A stretch of 64,000 nucleotides of DNA from Acanthaster planci. Taxonomy: Eukaryota. A program made the translations under genes and the position numbers. The DNA is taken from NCBI RefSeq assembly GCF_001949145.1, contig NW_019091360.1, positions 3,639,816-3,703,815 on the forward strand, written 5' to 3'. This document shows, in pieces, positions 1 to 13,600 of the stretch; the first letter of the stretch is position 1, and each line of letters opens with the position of its first letter. The notes below the pieces were generated by a model that ran no database searches, was not told the DNA's origin, and saw only the letters and a program-made list of their open reading frames with translations.

Positions 1-1603
1 CCCAGGAAGGAAGAACGGATCTTTTGGGAGATACCTGAAAAGGTAAAGCCGTCGGGTGATCAAGCTGAACAAGTCACAACAGTTCCAGTGGAAGCAGTGA
101 TTGCTCCCGAAAGTAAAGATGTTATGGAATGGGACAAGCCTGAGCAATTTGTCAGCGAAGAGGACAAGGCTGTAGAAGTAAGTGTTGTTCCATCAGAAGC
201 TGTATCTGCACCAGAGAAGAAGCTTCCTGCAGAGTGGGAAGAAACACAAGAAGTTATTGTACCCACTGAAAAGGAAGAAATTGTTGAAGAACTTGCAACG
301 CTGGTGTCAGAAACTTCCAAGAAACAAGAATTAATGGCTTGGGAACATGCACAAGATGTCAAGCCATCTGCAGCAGAAACAAGAGAAATTTTACTTATTC
401 CTGTTGAGGCAGTTAAAGCACCAGAGAAAAAGATGCCATCAGAATGGGAACAAGTGGAGGATGTGACTGTTGGAAAAGAGGAAACTGTTGAAGAACTGGC
501 CTTACTTCTCACTGAGACATCAAGAAAACATGAAGAAATTACATGGGAAGTATCAGACAAAGTTAAATCTTCAGAAGAAGAAGCAGGGGAAGCTTCAGTG
601 ATTCCAGCAGAAGTTGTTATTGCCCCGAGGAAAACAACAGTCTCCACGTGGTACAAACCTGAGAGTGTTTCACCATCAGATGTTTCTCAGACTGCTGCTG
701 AAGTCCTTTCTGATGCCGTTTCTGCACCTGAAAAGAAACATGAAATTCCATGGCACGACACAGAAGATGTATCTTCTGTCATGCCTGACCAGCCAACAAC
801 TATTCCTTCAGATGCAGTGGGGAGTGTTTCAAAACGTGTTCCTCTGTCTTGGGAAAGTCCATCAGATGTAGTGGAAGGTGAAAAGACTGAAATGATCCAG
901 GAATTGGAGCATGTGCCTTTGGAAGCTCCTGGCAGAGAAGAAATCTTTTCTTGGGCCAAGCCTCAGGACATCACCACACAAGACAAATCTGTAACAGTTT
1001 CTGAAGAGCAAATCACTCCACTTGAGACAACTGAAGTCTCAAGACCAACAACTTGGGAGGGTCAGCCGGATGTTGTTACTGCTGAGGAAGTTGGCCATGA
1101 AGCTGAGGAGGTCCAGACAATGCCTTTGACAATTCCAACTCAGGAGGAGGTGACTCTCAGTGTCAGACCTTCCAAACTGGATCAGGAAGCTGTCTCTGAT
1201 ATCACTGTTGGCCTCATTTTGGAAGATATGCAGAAGGTTGTTGAAGTTACTCAAAAACCGGACATCACTTCCCATGCTGAAATTCAGCCTCAGAGGTTGG
1301 AGCGTACTGAGCTGGAAATGGCACCTAAAGTTGTGCAAGAGCTTGTTGATATTGAGGTTCATCTGGGCCAGCCAGCTGAGCTAGTTTGTGAAGTTGAAGG
1401 CTCCCCACAGCCAACAGTTCAGTGGTTCAGAGATGGGGTAGAAGTAACTCCTAGTGGGCACTATACAATCACAACAGATTTGGAGGTGGGGAGAAGCACT
1501 CTTTTTATCGCTGATGTGGCAGAGGAAGATGACACTGAATTTGAATGCAGGGCAACCAACATCTTGGGTGTGGTGTCATCATTTGCTGAGCTAACTGTTG
1601 AAG
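1..1603 (+). CDS. Exon (5' truncated): Trp-periodic acidic repeats + I-set Ig domain
   Basis: Open frame from base 1; Ig APKVVQELVD...AELTVE; donor AAG|GTACGG, phase 1. Confidence 0.9.
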
Positions 1604-4600
1604 GTACGGCCTTTATTATATTAATTTTTGTTGATTCTGTTTTTTCATGTGGTAATGATTTCATAAATGTGAACATGACAATAATAGCTTATTTCAGTGT
1701 AATTTGTTCACTAGTATTTGCTTAATCAAAAAGTGTAATTTCTGTCATTTTATTTCTAAAGCGCCTCTTGAAACAGTGGAACAGGCTGAGGTTGAAACTG
1801 TGCAACCAGGTCACGAAGAGGTTGAAGTCACCATGCCAAAACCACTTGAGACAGAGACCACTGTGGCAGAGATTTCTATGAAGCCAACTCTTGGAGTTTC
1901 TGAAATGGAGGTGGAGATGGATTTCCCAAGGGAATTGCAAGAAGTTCAGTTTGTTGTGGAAAAGCCAGAGGAAACTGAAGTGAGCATGGCTGAAGTGGTT
2001 GCGAAGCCGAAAGAGACAGAAATTGCCACCACTGAAATTGTGAAGGAGAAGCAACAACCACAAGACGTGTCCCTGGCAGTTGACAAACCAGAGGAAACAA
2101 CAGAAGTTGAGATTTCACTAAAACCGAGAAACGAGGTTTCATTAGTGGAAGTGGAAAGAGATTTTCCACAAAAACTGCAAGAAGTCCAATTAACTGTGGA
2201 AAAACCAGAAGAAACATCAGAGATTGAGATTTCCATGAAGCCAAAAACAGAAGTTACTTCAACTGTCATAGAAAGAGACTACCCACGGGAATTCCAAGAG
2301 GTCCAGTTTGTTGTGGACAAACCTGAAGAAGTCAGTCCAACCGAAGTAACCGTAGTTGAGAAAGACATTGAAAAAATGCCCCAGGCGATAGAATTCGTTG
2401 TAGAGAAACCCACAGAAGAGATGGAAGAAGTTGAGATCAAACACAGAGTGACAACAACTGTCCACACTGAAGTAGATAGCAGAGCAGAGGAACCGTCTCA
2501 CTTTGAATTTGTGGTGGAAAACCTTGCTGCTGAGATAACTGCAGAGAAGCTGAGCCAGGAGATCATAAGGGAAGTCACCACTGAAATGTACAGGGAAGGC
2601 CCTGTGTTCATCCGGGAGGTAACTGCTATCACAACCACCCTGAAGGAAGAAGTGCGCTTTGAATGTCAAGTCAAAGGTGTTCCTACTCCAACAATTCAGT
2701 GGTATCACAATGGGGAGACACTCCGAGGAGATAGGTACATTGTCATCAATTACAATGATGGTATCAGTGAACTGTTCATAACGGAGGCTACGGAGGATGA
2801 TATTGGTACCTTCATGTGTGTAGCAGTGAATCCACTTGGACAAGCAACAACTGAAGCTGTGCTTACAATTGCCACTGGTATAGTATTTGAAATTTTGTAA
2901 TGCATGAAGAAAGAGCATGGACATTTTTGTATAAAAACCTGCACCTTGAGGGCCAATATCAGTGAGGTGCTTGAGGACAAAATTTTGTTTAAGCGTGAAC
3001 AAACCTTGCTTGATAAGTCAGGTTATAAGGCCAAACTTCATTTGATGTATATTGTTTTGGAATGTATTGAGCTGTCTTTTGGTTTGCATGACAATCATTT
3101 TTATAGAGTTTGAGCTGGTCACCTTTGTTTTTTTAAGCAAAGTTTTTTCACACTTAAGCAAATTTTGTGCTTAAGCACCTCCATGAAATTGGCCCAAGTT
3201 CCTAAAGTTTAAAGAACCGATGCACAAGATTATTGATGAGTGAATTTAACCACTTGCCACTGCGGTTTCCGGTATCGGACATGTATTCTTTATACGCGTT
3301 GCCGGGGTCTCCGAAATCGGACAAAGGGAACTAGTCCTTGTAACAAAAGACCATACTCGTAACAAAAGATCAGGCTGCTGGGCATTACCAACATTTTTTC
3401 ACTCTCAATAGTGGAGATAATCCAGCCTTGTTTTGAAACAGTATACCACGGTTTTGGGGATTTAGCACAAGCGGATTACCACCAGGGACAAATGCATTTC
3501 ACCACTGCAGCAATGAGCCACACAGTACCGCTGCCAATAATCTGGCCCCTATTGAAAAGAAGTTAGCAGCACACTGTGCCAAGAAAATTAGGCAATACCG
3601 CACAATCTGGGCTCTTTTACAAGGCGGCAGGCCTGGTTGAAATACTCCAGTGTCAATAGATGTTGTCGGTCAGATTAGAATAGAAAACCAGACAGTCCTT
3701 CGTGTGGGTGTAAGTGTCCAGTAAATGAAGACAGGAATTTTTAAAGAATTTTGAAAACAGAAAAAAAATGATAATTGTCCCACCCTAGCATCATCAACAT
3801 TGATAACTTCCACTGGCATGAAGGGGTTAAGCTTATTAATGCACTTATTTGTATAAAGATTTGCTTCTTTTTCTTTGTTCAATGGATATTGTAATACATT
3901 CTGTTGTGAATGTAAGAACGTTACAGTTTTTTGAAACACTTTTTAATTTGAACACATTTATTTCAACTTAGGGGAATTTCGCTACATGTGTTGCAGGAAG
4001 TCAAATTTGCTTGGTTTTTGTAATTACTTGAAGACTGTACTGGCCTCAAGATTTTTATTAACAATCGTAGGACTTATATGTATATTGAAAGATTAATTGG
4101 TAATGTTTTTGTTCTTGGTATTGATTTTTTTCCCCAAACAATACTTATTAAGACCAAGTATTCTGTTGTGCTGAAGAAGTGCCTTGTTGCATGTTTGTGA
4201 GAGTGAATGGTCTGTTTCAAAAGTGTGGGTTGGATATTACTTAGAGTATGGTTTGTTAATGTAAATAATTACCATTGTGTGGGTCAATTTGAATTTTATT
4301 TGTTTCTCCAGAAATTGTTAGAATTCACTAGGGTGTCAGTGAATGTTGTGGGGTTGACTGCTGGAAGTGTTTTCTCTTGTACTTGCATGTTTGACAAAAT
4401 TCAGACACCTCAGAAACTTTCATTTCATAGCTTGGAACCTAATTACACGCTTCTCTAACTCACTGTCACAGATAAAACATCGGTGGTTGAGTTACAGCAA
4501 GAAGAGGTTGCAGAAGTCCCCGAGGTGACTCTGGAAGTCATCGAGCCCGTTGAGAAGCAGCCGCTGGAGATTGAAATCACCTTCCAGCCTCCTGAGTTTG

Positions 4601-7600
4601 TGGAGCCAATCACCAGCCTAGAGGTCTGTGAGGGATACAAGGCAGTGTTTGAAGCCCGTGTGGTTGGAACTGGACCGATAGAGATCACGTGGTACCATGG
4701 ACAGGAACTTCTAGAGGTTGGTTGATTATCTTTGTTTTCCAGGTTTTGGATCAAAAATGCCTAAAAGCAGCAATTACATTTTAGCTTTAGAAGCCTGAAA
4801 ACCTTGTTGATTGAAAAATTAAAAAAGTATTTTCAAATGCTTGAGGACAGTCTGGAAAACCCATTGAATCACACTATGAAATTAGATCTGTTAAAATAGG
4901 GTTAACTGTCGTTTCTTGCTTGAAGTATTCCACCCTGATTTTAACCCCATTTTAGCTGCATAGATCACGCCAAAATGTTCACTCCATTTCAACCGTGTTT
5001 CAACCGATCCCACAACCCATTGTTATTCACGCCTTAATCCTCTCCTGGTCCATCGGCAGACCAAATGGATAGTCACCCATTTTAACCGTGTATTAATGGT
5101 GGAGAGATGGTGTGCTACAAACTGCAGTGTCCCGTTGGGTAAATCCACTTTTTATTTAATAAAGGTGAGGTTTTGGGGGAAATGTCAATCATCTTCCTTA
5201 CATTCCACAAGTTGGAAATTGGCTTTAGTGTATTGGCGTGTGGAGGTATTTCTGTGCCCATTTACACTATAAATTCACTAATTTTTTACATATAAAGCAA
5301 TGAATTGATCAGATAAAATGATACCTGTGTCCGGAGTAGTTTAGTTATAATAAACAACTGAAGTTTTATTGTATAGTTACCATTCATTGTCCTTAATGAC
5401 AATGAATTGGAAGTAAATGTTTTCTGCATGCACGGAATCAATTGTGCTAGCGCTAAAACTCAAGATGGTGGTGCCCATAGTCCAGTGTTAACCATTTGTC
5501 AAGAGCACAGAAACTTTTACCGATTAAAACTCCCCATGGCAGGTTCATACCGCCGGCCCATAAACCCCAACAAATTGGCAAGAACTTGGCAATCTAACCC
5601 ATACCAAATCCGCGGAGAGTCTGGAATAATTCATCCCAGTTTTGAGGACGAACTTCCCCGTTCCACAATTTCTCCAGTGAACAGCGTCACGGCTAACAGG
5701 CCGCCTGCATGGTACGGCTGCAGCTTCCCACCATGTGTTGAATCGCTGGACTGGTCATGTCATGCGTGTACGCATTTGACTGCCGCGTGATATTCAAGGC
5801 AAGCTTTTCTGCACTGGCTGGGACAGATAAAAAGGTGCACAGGTGCGGATGCAGACATGAACAAATATTGCGGCGGGTGGTGATTACGTCGACCGGCTTG
5901 TGTTGGCCAGCCGTCCTTATATTTTTAGTCGAGGAATTACTCATTTTCATCTTCTTGAAATTAAACCTTACATTGCACTTTTTGATCTACAGTCTACGGT
6001 AAATTCCTGGTTAAAAATCTTTCAATCCCCCCATCCCCAAGCTTAGAACATCCTTTTCATTATCGTCTCAGCCAATAGCAAGAATGAAAAAGATGTCACA
6101 TGCAAATTGGGCTGAACTACGTGAATGGGCCAAAATATATTTTCCCCTGGAGTTGCTGTCAATTGAGCACGAGTCCGACTGCAATCAGCATCCAGTCAAA
6201 ATTCATTTTGAACGTCCATTTCTAACTTCATTGGCCAAGTATGGAACATAAGGGCGTGCATCTTGGAGATTTGAATGCATAATGTTTTTCTCAATATACA
6301 TAAGCACAAATGTAGTGAGTATTTAGTTTTGTAATGCAGCTGATATGCCATACCTACAAGTCCATTGTAACTTTACACGATAAATTCACTGATTTATTAC
6401 ATATGAAGCATTGAATTGATTGAATAAAAATGATACCTGTGTCTGGAGTTCTTGATTATGAATTCTCACCATTATGTGATTTGGGGCCATCTAAGTTTAC
6501 TGTACATATACATGTACGTGCACGTGTGCATTGTACAGTACCGAGCTAGCGTGGTTATAACTTGTTATCCTGTTTACATGGTCTGTTTTTTTTTTCAACA
6601 TTTCTTGCAATTGCATGCATTTCGTTTGCTATCAATGCCATGTCACATCGGTTCTGCGGTTGTTGCATTCATCCGCGGATCCGCTGGTTTGTGAAGGGCT
6701 CGATTGTTTTGGCAGGGATTTTGCGATGCGTTAAATAAAAAGTCTGTATTCTGAAATACATGGGATGCATGATGCCTGAAAGCTAATACATTCTGGTATA
6801 GGATAGGCCTGTGAAGTGCTGAGTACCAGTGCAAAGAACTCACTTGTTTCAATCAGTGGCGATTAAAAGCTATTTAGTATACCGTTAGGGATTAGGGCAG
6901 GGCAGCCTATTAATGCGGTACGATCGCCACGCACAAAGGAACTCATCTGGCCTTGGGGATTATACTCCACAAAACTGACCGCAGAGTGTGATTCCCTAGA
7001 AGACCCCTGTCTTAACCAAATAGCTGGCCTTGCTATCTGAGCTGATAAACCACAACACTGACCGTAGAGTTAATGAGCAGAGCTCCTTACCAGTTTCCAA
7101 AAACAACCCCATTTTCACCCTGTATTTTTGCTACCCCAAGTTTAACCGAAAATGAATACGGTTAAATTGAGTGACTAGACGGCATACACCAGTTTTAACC
7201 GAGAAACTGCATTTTAACCAAGCAGCAAATCATAGGGTCAATTTAAAACTCACAAACAATAATGATATTGGAGACAAAGAAAACTAAAGAAAAGAACTTA
7301 ATTCTTATGTACCATGTCAATCTGCCTTTATCAAACTTCTATCTTTTCTGCCTCTTGGCTCCTCCTGGCTCTTTGATAATTCAATTTACTCACCAGTGCA
7401 TTAAATCTAGGTTGATATTTCTCACTGATAAAGTTATTTAAATAATATTGCTTGTTCCCTTTGCAGCCATCTCCTGAGATTGCTATCACTTTCGAGGATG
7501 ACACTTGTGTCCTGGAAATTCATGAAGTCATTCTGGAAAACTCTGGTGATTACATCTGCAAAGCGGCCAATCAGGCAGGTGTCACCACCTGCATGGCTAC

Positions 7601-10600
7601 CCTTCACGTGTCAGGTTAGTCAGGTTGTTTCTTTGAAGAGTGTAATACTGATGTTATAGACACTGTTTATTCCTCTGGCATTTGGTAAAATTAATCCTGT
7701 TGTTTTGAACAAATTGTTCAAGAGCGGAATGCGAACAGAGAGTTTGTTGATAAAATTTCATTTCCCACTACAGAATTCTAATGAAATCTAACTCCTTATT
7801 AAAACACATATATTGGATAAGGGTTTTTTCATACAAGGTTAACCCAGTGGTCACAGAAAGGTATTGCATGACTGGAGTACTAATTAATGAACCATGAGAA
7901 TTTCATTCTTGAGGTGACAGTGGTAGATATCAACTGGACGTTTATTCAAGGTCAAACATCAATTTCCATGTGATCTTCACTAACAAACCCGATACGAGTT
8001 AGTAATACATGTTCACATAGCTAACTCATCCCATTGGATTTGATGTGGCACTAACAGTACTAACACCATTCACTCTAATCCCCTTTGATCCAACAGAAGA
8101 GGCAGAAGCGAACAAAAGAAATTCGAAAGAGATTTCACCAACTGATGAAATTAGAGGCTCACCTGGCCAAAAGATTAACACTTCTAAACATGCATTGCCA
8201 GGAAAGGAAGATACTGTTTTTGTTCCCTCTCCGCAGTTGGACACAGTGTTTTCCCAAAGAGAGAAAAACTTGAGATCCCAACCAAAACAGAAAGAGGACA
8301 GTGAGGAAGAACAGTCCAGTTTGTGTGAGAGTGAAAGAGAAAAATCAGGTTCTGATGAAAGCCAGGTTGAATCCAAAACTGACCAGCCACAAGTCATAGA
8401 TAGATTTGATTTTGAAGAACCTGAAGTGACCTTACCCGTAAGAAAGACTAGATCCTTGAAAGCCCTGTCATCAATGTATGCAGATGACTTTTTCTCCCCA
8501 CCTGCACGTTCACAACCCTCAACACCCTCATACGCACCTTCCCCAAAACCCCAAATCGAGGCAACATTCCCTCCCATCCAAAAGCCCAGTCTAAGAGATG
8601 CACTCAAGTCACTGGCATTTCGGTATTCAATGGAAGAATCCTTAGATCCCATGGAATGTGCATCAAAGTCTTCTGTGATAGAACACAGCAGAGAACAGTC
8701 CTTACCAACTGTAGAAGATACAGATTCAGCAGTGACCCTTGAAGGAAGCAAAACAAGTTTGGTTCGGTCCAATACATTCTCTAGCTCAGACTGTGAAACC
8801 TCTGGAAGTTCATCTGATGAGCAATCAGCCTGTCATGCTAAGGATGCTGTGGATAGTGTACAGCATGGAGATGACTGGGACCCAAAATCCCAAGATACAT
8901 CTGAATCTGATTCCAGTTTGTCTGATTCTGAAGACTTCATTGATTCAAAGAAAGATCAGAGTGATAGTCCGAGTAGCTGCACTTCCTCTGAAGGAGAAGA
9001 GTCTGGTTCTGAGGAAGATCCTGAAAAGGGTGATTCCTCAACTAGTGAAAGGAGTCATTCCTTGAAGTTTGAAGCCAGTGGTAAAGGTAGTGCAAGCCAA
9101 GATCATGTAGCTGCCCTACGCCCCAGAAGACTTGATATTGTTAAGAATATTGATGCAGTACCTATAATAACAGTCACGACACCAGGGGGCTCTTGGCGGG
9201 AACGTATCACCTCCTCTGAGGATATTGTCTCATCCTCAGAATGTGACAGCTCAGACGTTTACGATGAAGACAGTTACGAAGACAATCAGGGTAATTCTTC
9301 ATTGACAGTCTCAGCAGCTGAGGAGGGGCGAGTTGTTATCACGACTCAGAAATCGGAAGACCCTGGTGTCCCTAGGGAAGAACGTATTCAAAAGGCCCTC
9401 ACTGAAGAGCCTACCACTCCAGAAATCTCTTTATATGCTGTAGAGGAATGCCAAGAGCCTGATATAGTTAATCCACCTCAAGATTGTAGAACTGTGGTTC
9501 AGGGTATAGCATGCTTTGGGGCCAACATCACTGGCAAACCAACACCTGTTGTTAAGTGGTACAAGGATGAAGTTGAAATCACTGATCTGAGGATGAACAG
9601 TGTGGCCAGCCAGGGTGGTTCCTATTCCCTAATTATAACTGATGTTACCAAGGCAGATGAAGGAATCTATACGTGTGTAGCAAAAAGCATGTTGGGACTG
9701 GATAGTGCATCTGCTAAACTGATCGTCCAAGGTTGGCTAATAACACTAATGTTTTGTTTGATTAATAATTAATGATCGCATGTTGTAGAGATCACCAGAC
9801 ACTCCTTTCCAATTCAAAAAGCATTGTTTGAGAAAATCTTGGTTATTTTTGTTAGTAGATCTGCCAGTGCCTCCCCATATGAAAAAAATGCTTTCATATC
9901 ATGCTTACTCCAAGGCTGTACATTGAAGAAAAATACTGCTGTGTTACTGAAGTGCACTTAGTTTCCCAGATGCTCTTAACAGTCACTGTTTTGTTAAGGT
10001 CATTGCTGAAAGAAACTTTGGAGTATTTGGAAATAACGCCATAAAAATTTGATAGCTGATTGTCACAAATAATTTTCATTAATAGTTTTCAAAGGTAATC
10101 AATTGCCAGTATATGTTTGGTAAGCAAACTGTAAATACTTGTTAAAATTTGGGATTGTTTAAAGTGGTCAGAATGCCTGAAGTTACATTGGCAAGTGGAT
10201 TTGGGCAATACAGTAAACTTTGGCTAAGTCAGCACTATCGGGACTCAAGAAATTGTAACGACTTATGCGAATGTCGACTTGTGTTGTAAGTCGTCATTTT
10301 GCCGACTTACACGTACACATGTATTGCTGATGTACATTATGATTCCTTGCACTAATTCAATGGCATTGATTTACCCTTGTTTATTTCTACCTCCATAGTC
10401 TATCCTAGCAAATTCGTTCTTGATTAATATCTTCATGGGCTGCAAATTCAATAATTGATCATGTGCCCCTAAGGACGAAGCAAGGACGGCAAGCCACTTA
10501 CATATCACATCACAACTTGACAGTGCAGTACCTATGTACGTGATATAGTTACGGTATAGAAAATATACACTCATCCACACATGCACATTGGTTAAGTTCG

Positions 10601-13600
10601 TGCAATATAGTCTGGATACCAGACCCGATGATTCTGACTACCTGACGAATCATCAAGGGTTGTCAGGGAATCTTTGGGCAGGGAACCAGACTACGGTCAA
10701 TAAGGTGACCCCCAAAATGGACAGAGTGTATTTGTGTAGCACTAGAGGGATTACTGGTATTGATGTACTCATGCTGGCCACACAGGGGACTTATCACTTG
10801 ACACTTTTAGCAACTGCGGCGAAGGAAATTGATACTGAAGCAAGGTTTTTTTATGCCGACTTACACAAAGGAATTTTTGTGGTTTTGTGGAAAAGGGACT
10901 GAGAAAAACATGCCGATTTTTACAAATTGACGACTTATAAATACCGACTTAGAAATGAAATTTTCAATGGAAAGGCATTACAGACGATCGGGACTTTTGT
11001 CAAACGGCTGACTTAGATAATATGGTGGGTTACACGATGCGGACTTAGTCGGAGTTTACTGTATGTGAACATTCTTTAAGAAATGCCATTTATGGAGGAG
11101 GGGGTAGTCTACGACTGCAAAGATTTGAGTTGATAAGGAGTGATCTTACCTGTAGATTGAACATCTGAATTGTGATCATTTATACTCACATTATCCATCA
11201 GTAGAAATACCTGTTGACAGTAGAGTAATTAATGACACACATGTAGATTACAGTCAGCGGTATTTTGCATAATATAGGTATTCAGAACTAAAACTTATGA
11301 CCAGATTTTGTTTGATATTAGTATCATGACCTGTTCGAGTTTATGACACCTGGTTATTAGTTTGATTCACTACAGTTACTGCATTAAATTTCAAATCACA
11401 GTGAAGAAAACCCAACCATTGCTGCAGCAGTTTGCCAAAACAGTTGCCTATCAAACTCTGAAGAATCGTTTCAGTTTATAGAGTTTATGATAACAACATT
11501 TTTTGAGAGGGGAAGGATGTTTGTTTTGGTGTGTTTTGCATTTGTTTTTGCATGAACGTTGATGACATTTAGTTTTTAACATACTAAGTGACATTTTAAT
11601 CCCACAATAACATCTTTTATTTTCAAAGTTAAAAATTTTGAATGAATGATTGTGTTTTGGGGGCAACAATTTTTGGCAAGAAAAGATAAATAGTGAAATA
11701 TTTTTTTGCTATATTTTTCACGTTCAATGTTTATTTTGCCTGTGGCATGATTGTCAGCATTATTCTTTGCATGTTTTCTTTATGGTAGTTTCAGATGATT
11801 GTTTTGTTAGTTGTTATTGCATGCGTTTTGTTTTGTTTGATGTTGCCTCTTCCAGAAGAAGAATTGAAACCAAAACGGGTGTCATCTCCTTTCAAGAAAT
11901 ACTTTGGTTATGATGAATTAGAAGAATGGAAACCCCCCAAACACTATAAAAATGATGCCCTGTCGAAAGATGATACAGAAGCTGTACCCGTGGATGAGGT
12001 TTTGGAGCCACAGGAGGAAACAGTCACTAAATCAATAGCTCCTTCAGACAAGGAAGCATCAGGGAAGTCCCAGTCGGAATTAGACTTGAGTTCTGATTCC
12101 TGTGGTGAACCAAATCCCATTGTGAGTGAAGAGTTTCTTGATAAGGTTGTTGAGAGGAAACCTGAGATTTCACATTCCAACACCTCCTTTGACTGTAATG
12201 CTGATGGAAAGTCAGTTGAAGATGGCAGCCCCAATGATGTAGTAAAGGACCAGGGCAAAGTTGCCCATGATGGTTCAGCAGATTCTTATTCTAGTGACTC
12301 AAGCTCTAGGTCATCATCTGATCATGAGGATGAAGACATCCGTGATAAGAGATCAGATTCTTCAAAATCTTCTCAAAATGATGACTCTGACAGTTATTTT
12401 AAGGAGGAATCAGATTTTTCCAGAAGTGGCAAGCATGTAGCTGAGCCCATAGAGGAAATCCATTCCGATAAATCCAGTTCTAGATCATCGTCTGATCATG
12501 AAGATGAAGCAGATGCTGATAGGAGGTCTGATTCGTCAAAGTCTTCTCTTGTTGAGGACTCTCATGCTCAGAAGGAAGAGCAGCATAGTGAATCAGATTC
12601 TACTGGAAGTAACAATCTTGCTAATCAGCCTTTAGAGGAAGTCCATTCTGACCAATTAAGCTCTAGGTCCTCCTCTGAACATGAAGAAGAGGAGGCTGCT
12701 GATGCAAAATCAGACTCTTCCAAGACCTCTTCAGGAGAAGACCCCGATGGAGACAGGGATAGATCAAGCTCCCGGTCATCTTATGATCATGAAGATGAAG
12801 AGGACACTGGTGCAAAGTCAGATTCTTCTAAGTCATCATTAAGCCAAGACTTTAATGATGGAGAAAAGAAGAGAACTCTGTATCTGTACCCAGAACTTTA
12901 TCCTGCTAAAGATGACAAGGGTTTTCATGAGCAATCAGAGGAAAGCCAGTCTGAAAGATCAAGTTCCAAGTCATGCTCGGACAATGTAGATAATGATTCT
13001 GTATCTGGGAAATCTTCATATTCTTCCCAAATTTCTTCAGGCCAGGACAATGAAGGTGAAGCTAATGAAGAAAGCCAATCTTATCTTGAACCTATACCAA
13101 GAAAAACTGATGAGATTGTAGAAAAGGCATTGGATAAAGAATGTTTGGGATCTTTTTCTGGTCATGATGACAGTGCTGAGGGCAGGTCCTCAAATGAGGA
13201 TATTGACAATGACAGTAAGAGAGAAGACCTTGCAGACAAAGCACTTGAGAGACATTCTATTCAGTCCGGCTTCAGGTCATCATCTGACCATGAGGATAAT
13301 GCAAATGCAGAATCTGGTAAATCCTCAGATGGCTCTAGGACGTTTTCAGATGAGGACTCTGAAAAAGAACATCAGCCTGTAGAAGAGCCAGTCCCCTTTG
13401 TCACTGAAGTTTATTTTGAGGCCAGTGGTCCCAGACTGCCAGTATTTCAAGAGCTTGAAGCAAAAAATGACTCAGGTACTGATGATGAAGAGGAAGTACA
13501 AGATGCATCACCATCTCCTAGCCCTGAAATCTCATCTGCAGAGGAAGACTTAGATGGCAAAAATGGGGATAGTGAGTCTCCTTCAATTTCCAGCCCCACA

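Noticed and set aside
1604..1725. Hydrophobic, transmembrane-like ORF tails (also after 9731, 45302, 50795)
   Set aside because: Read-through into T-rich introns beyond the GT donors
5407..6002. Intronic ORFs as possible transposase or nested gene
   Set aside because: Short, no DDE, RT or other recognisable motif
11795..11855. Signal-peptide-like N-terminus MIVLLVVIACVLFCLML on the 1485-aa ORF, suggesting a separate secreted acidic protein
   Set aside because: It is the translated T-rich polypyrimidine tract before the acceptor at 11855; the ORF contains a titin-type intracellular Ig and fits the gene's phase
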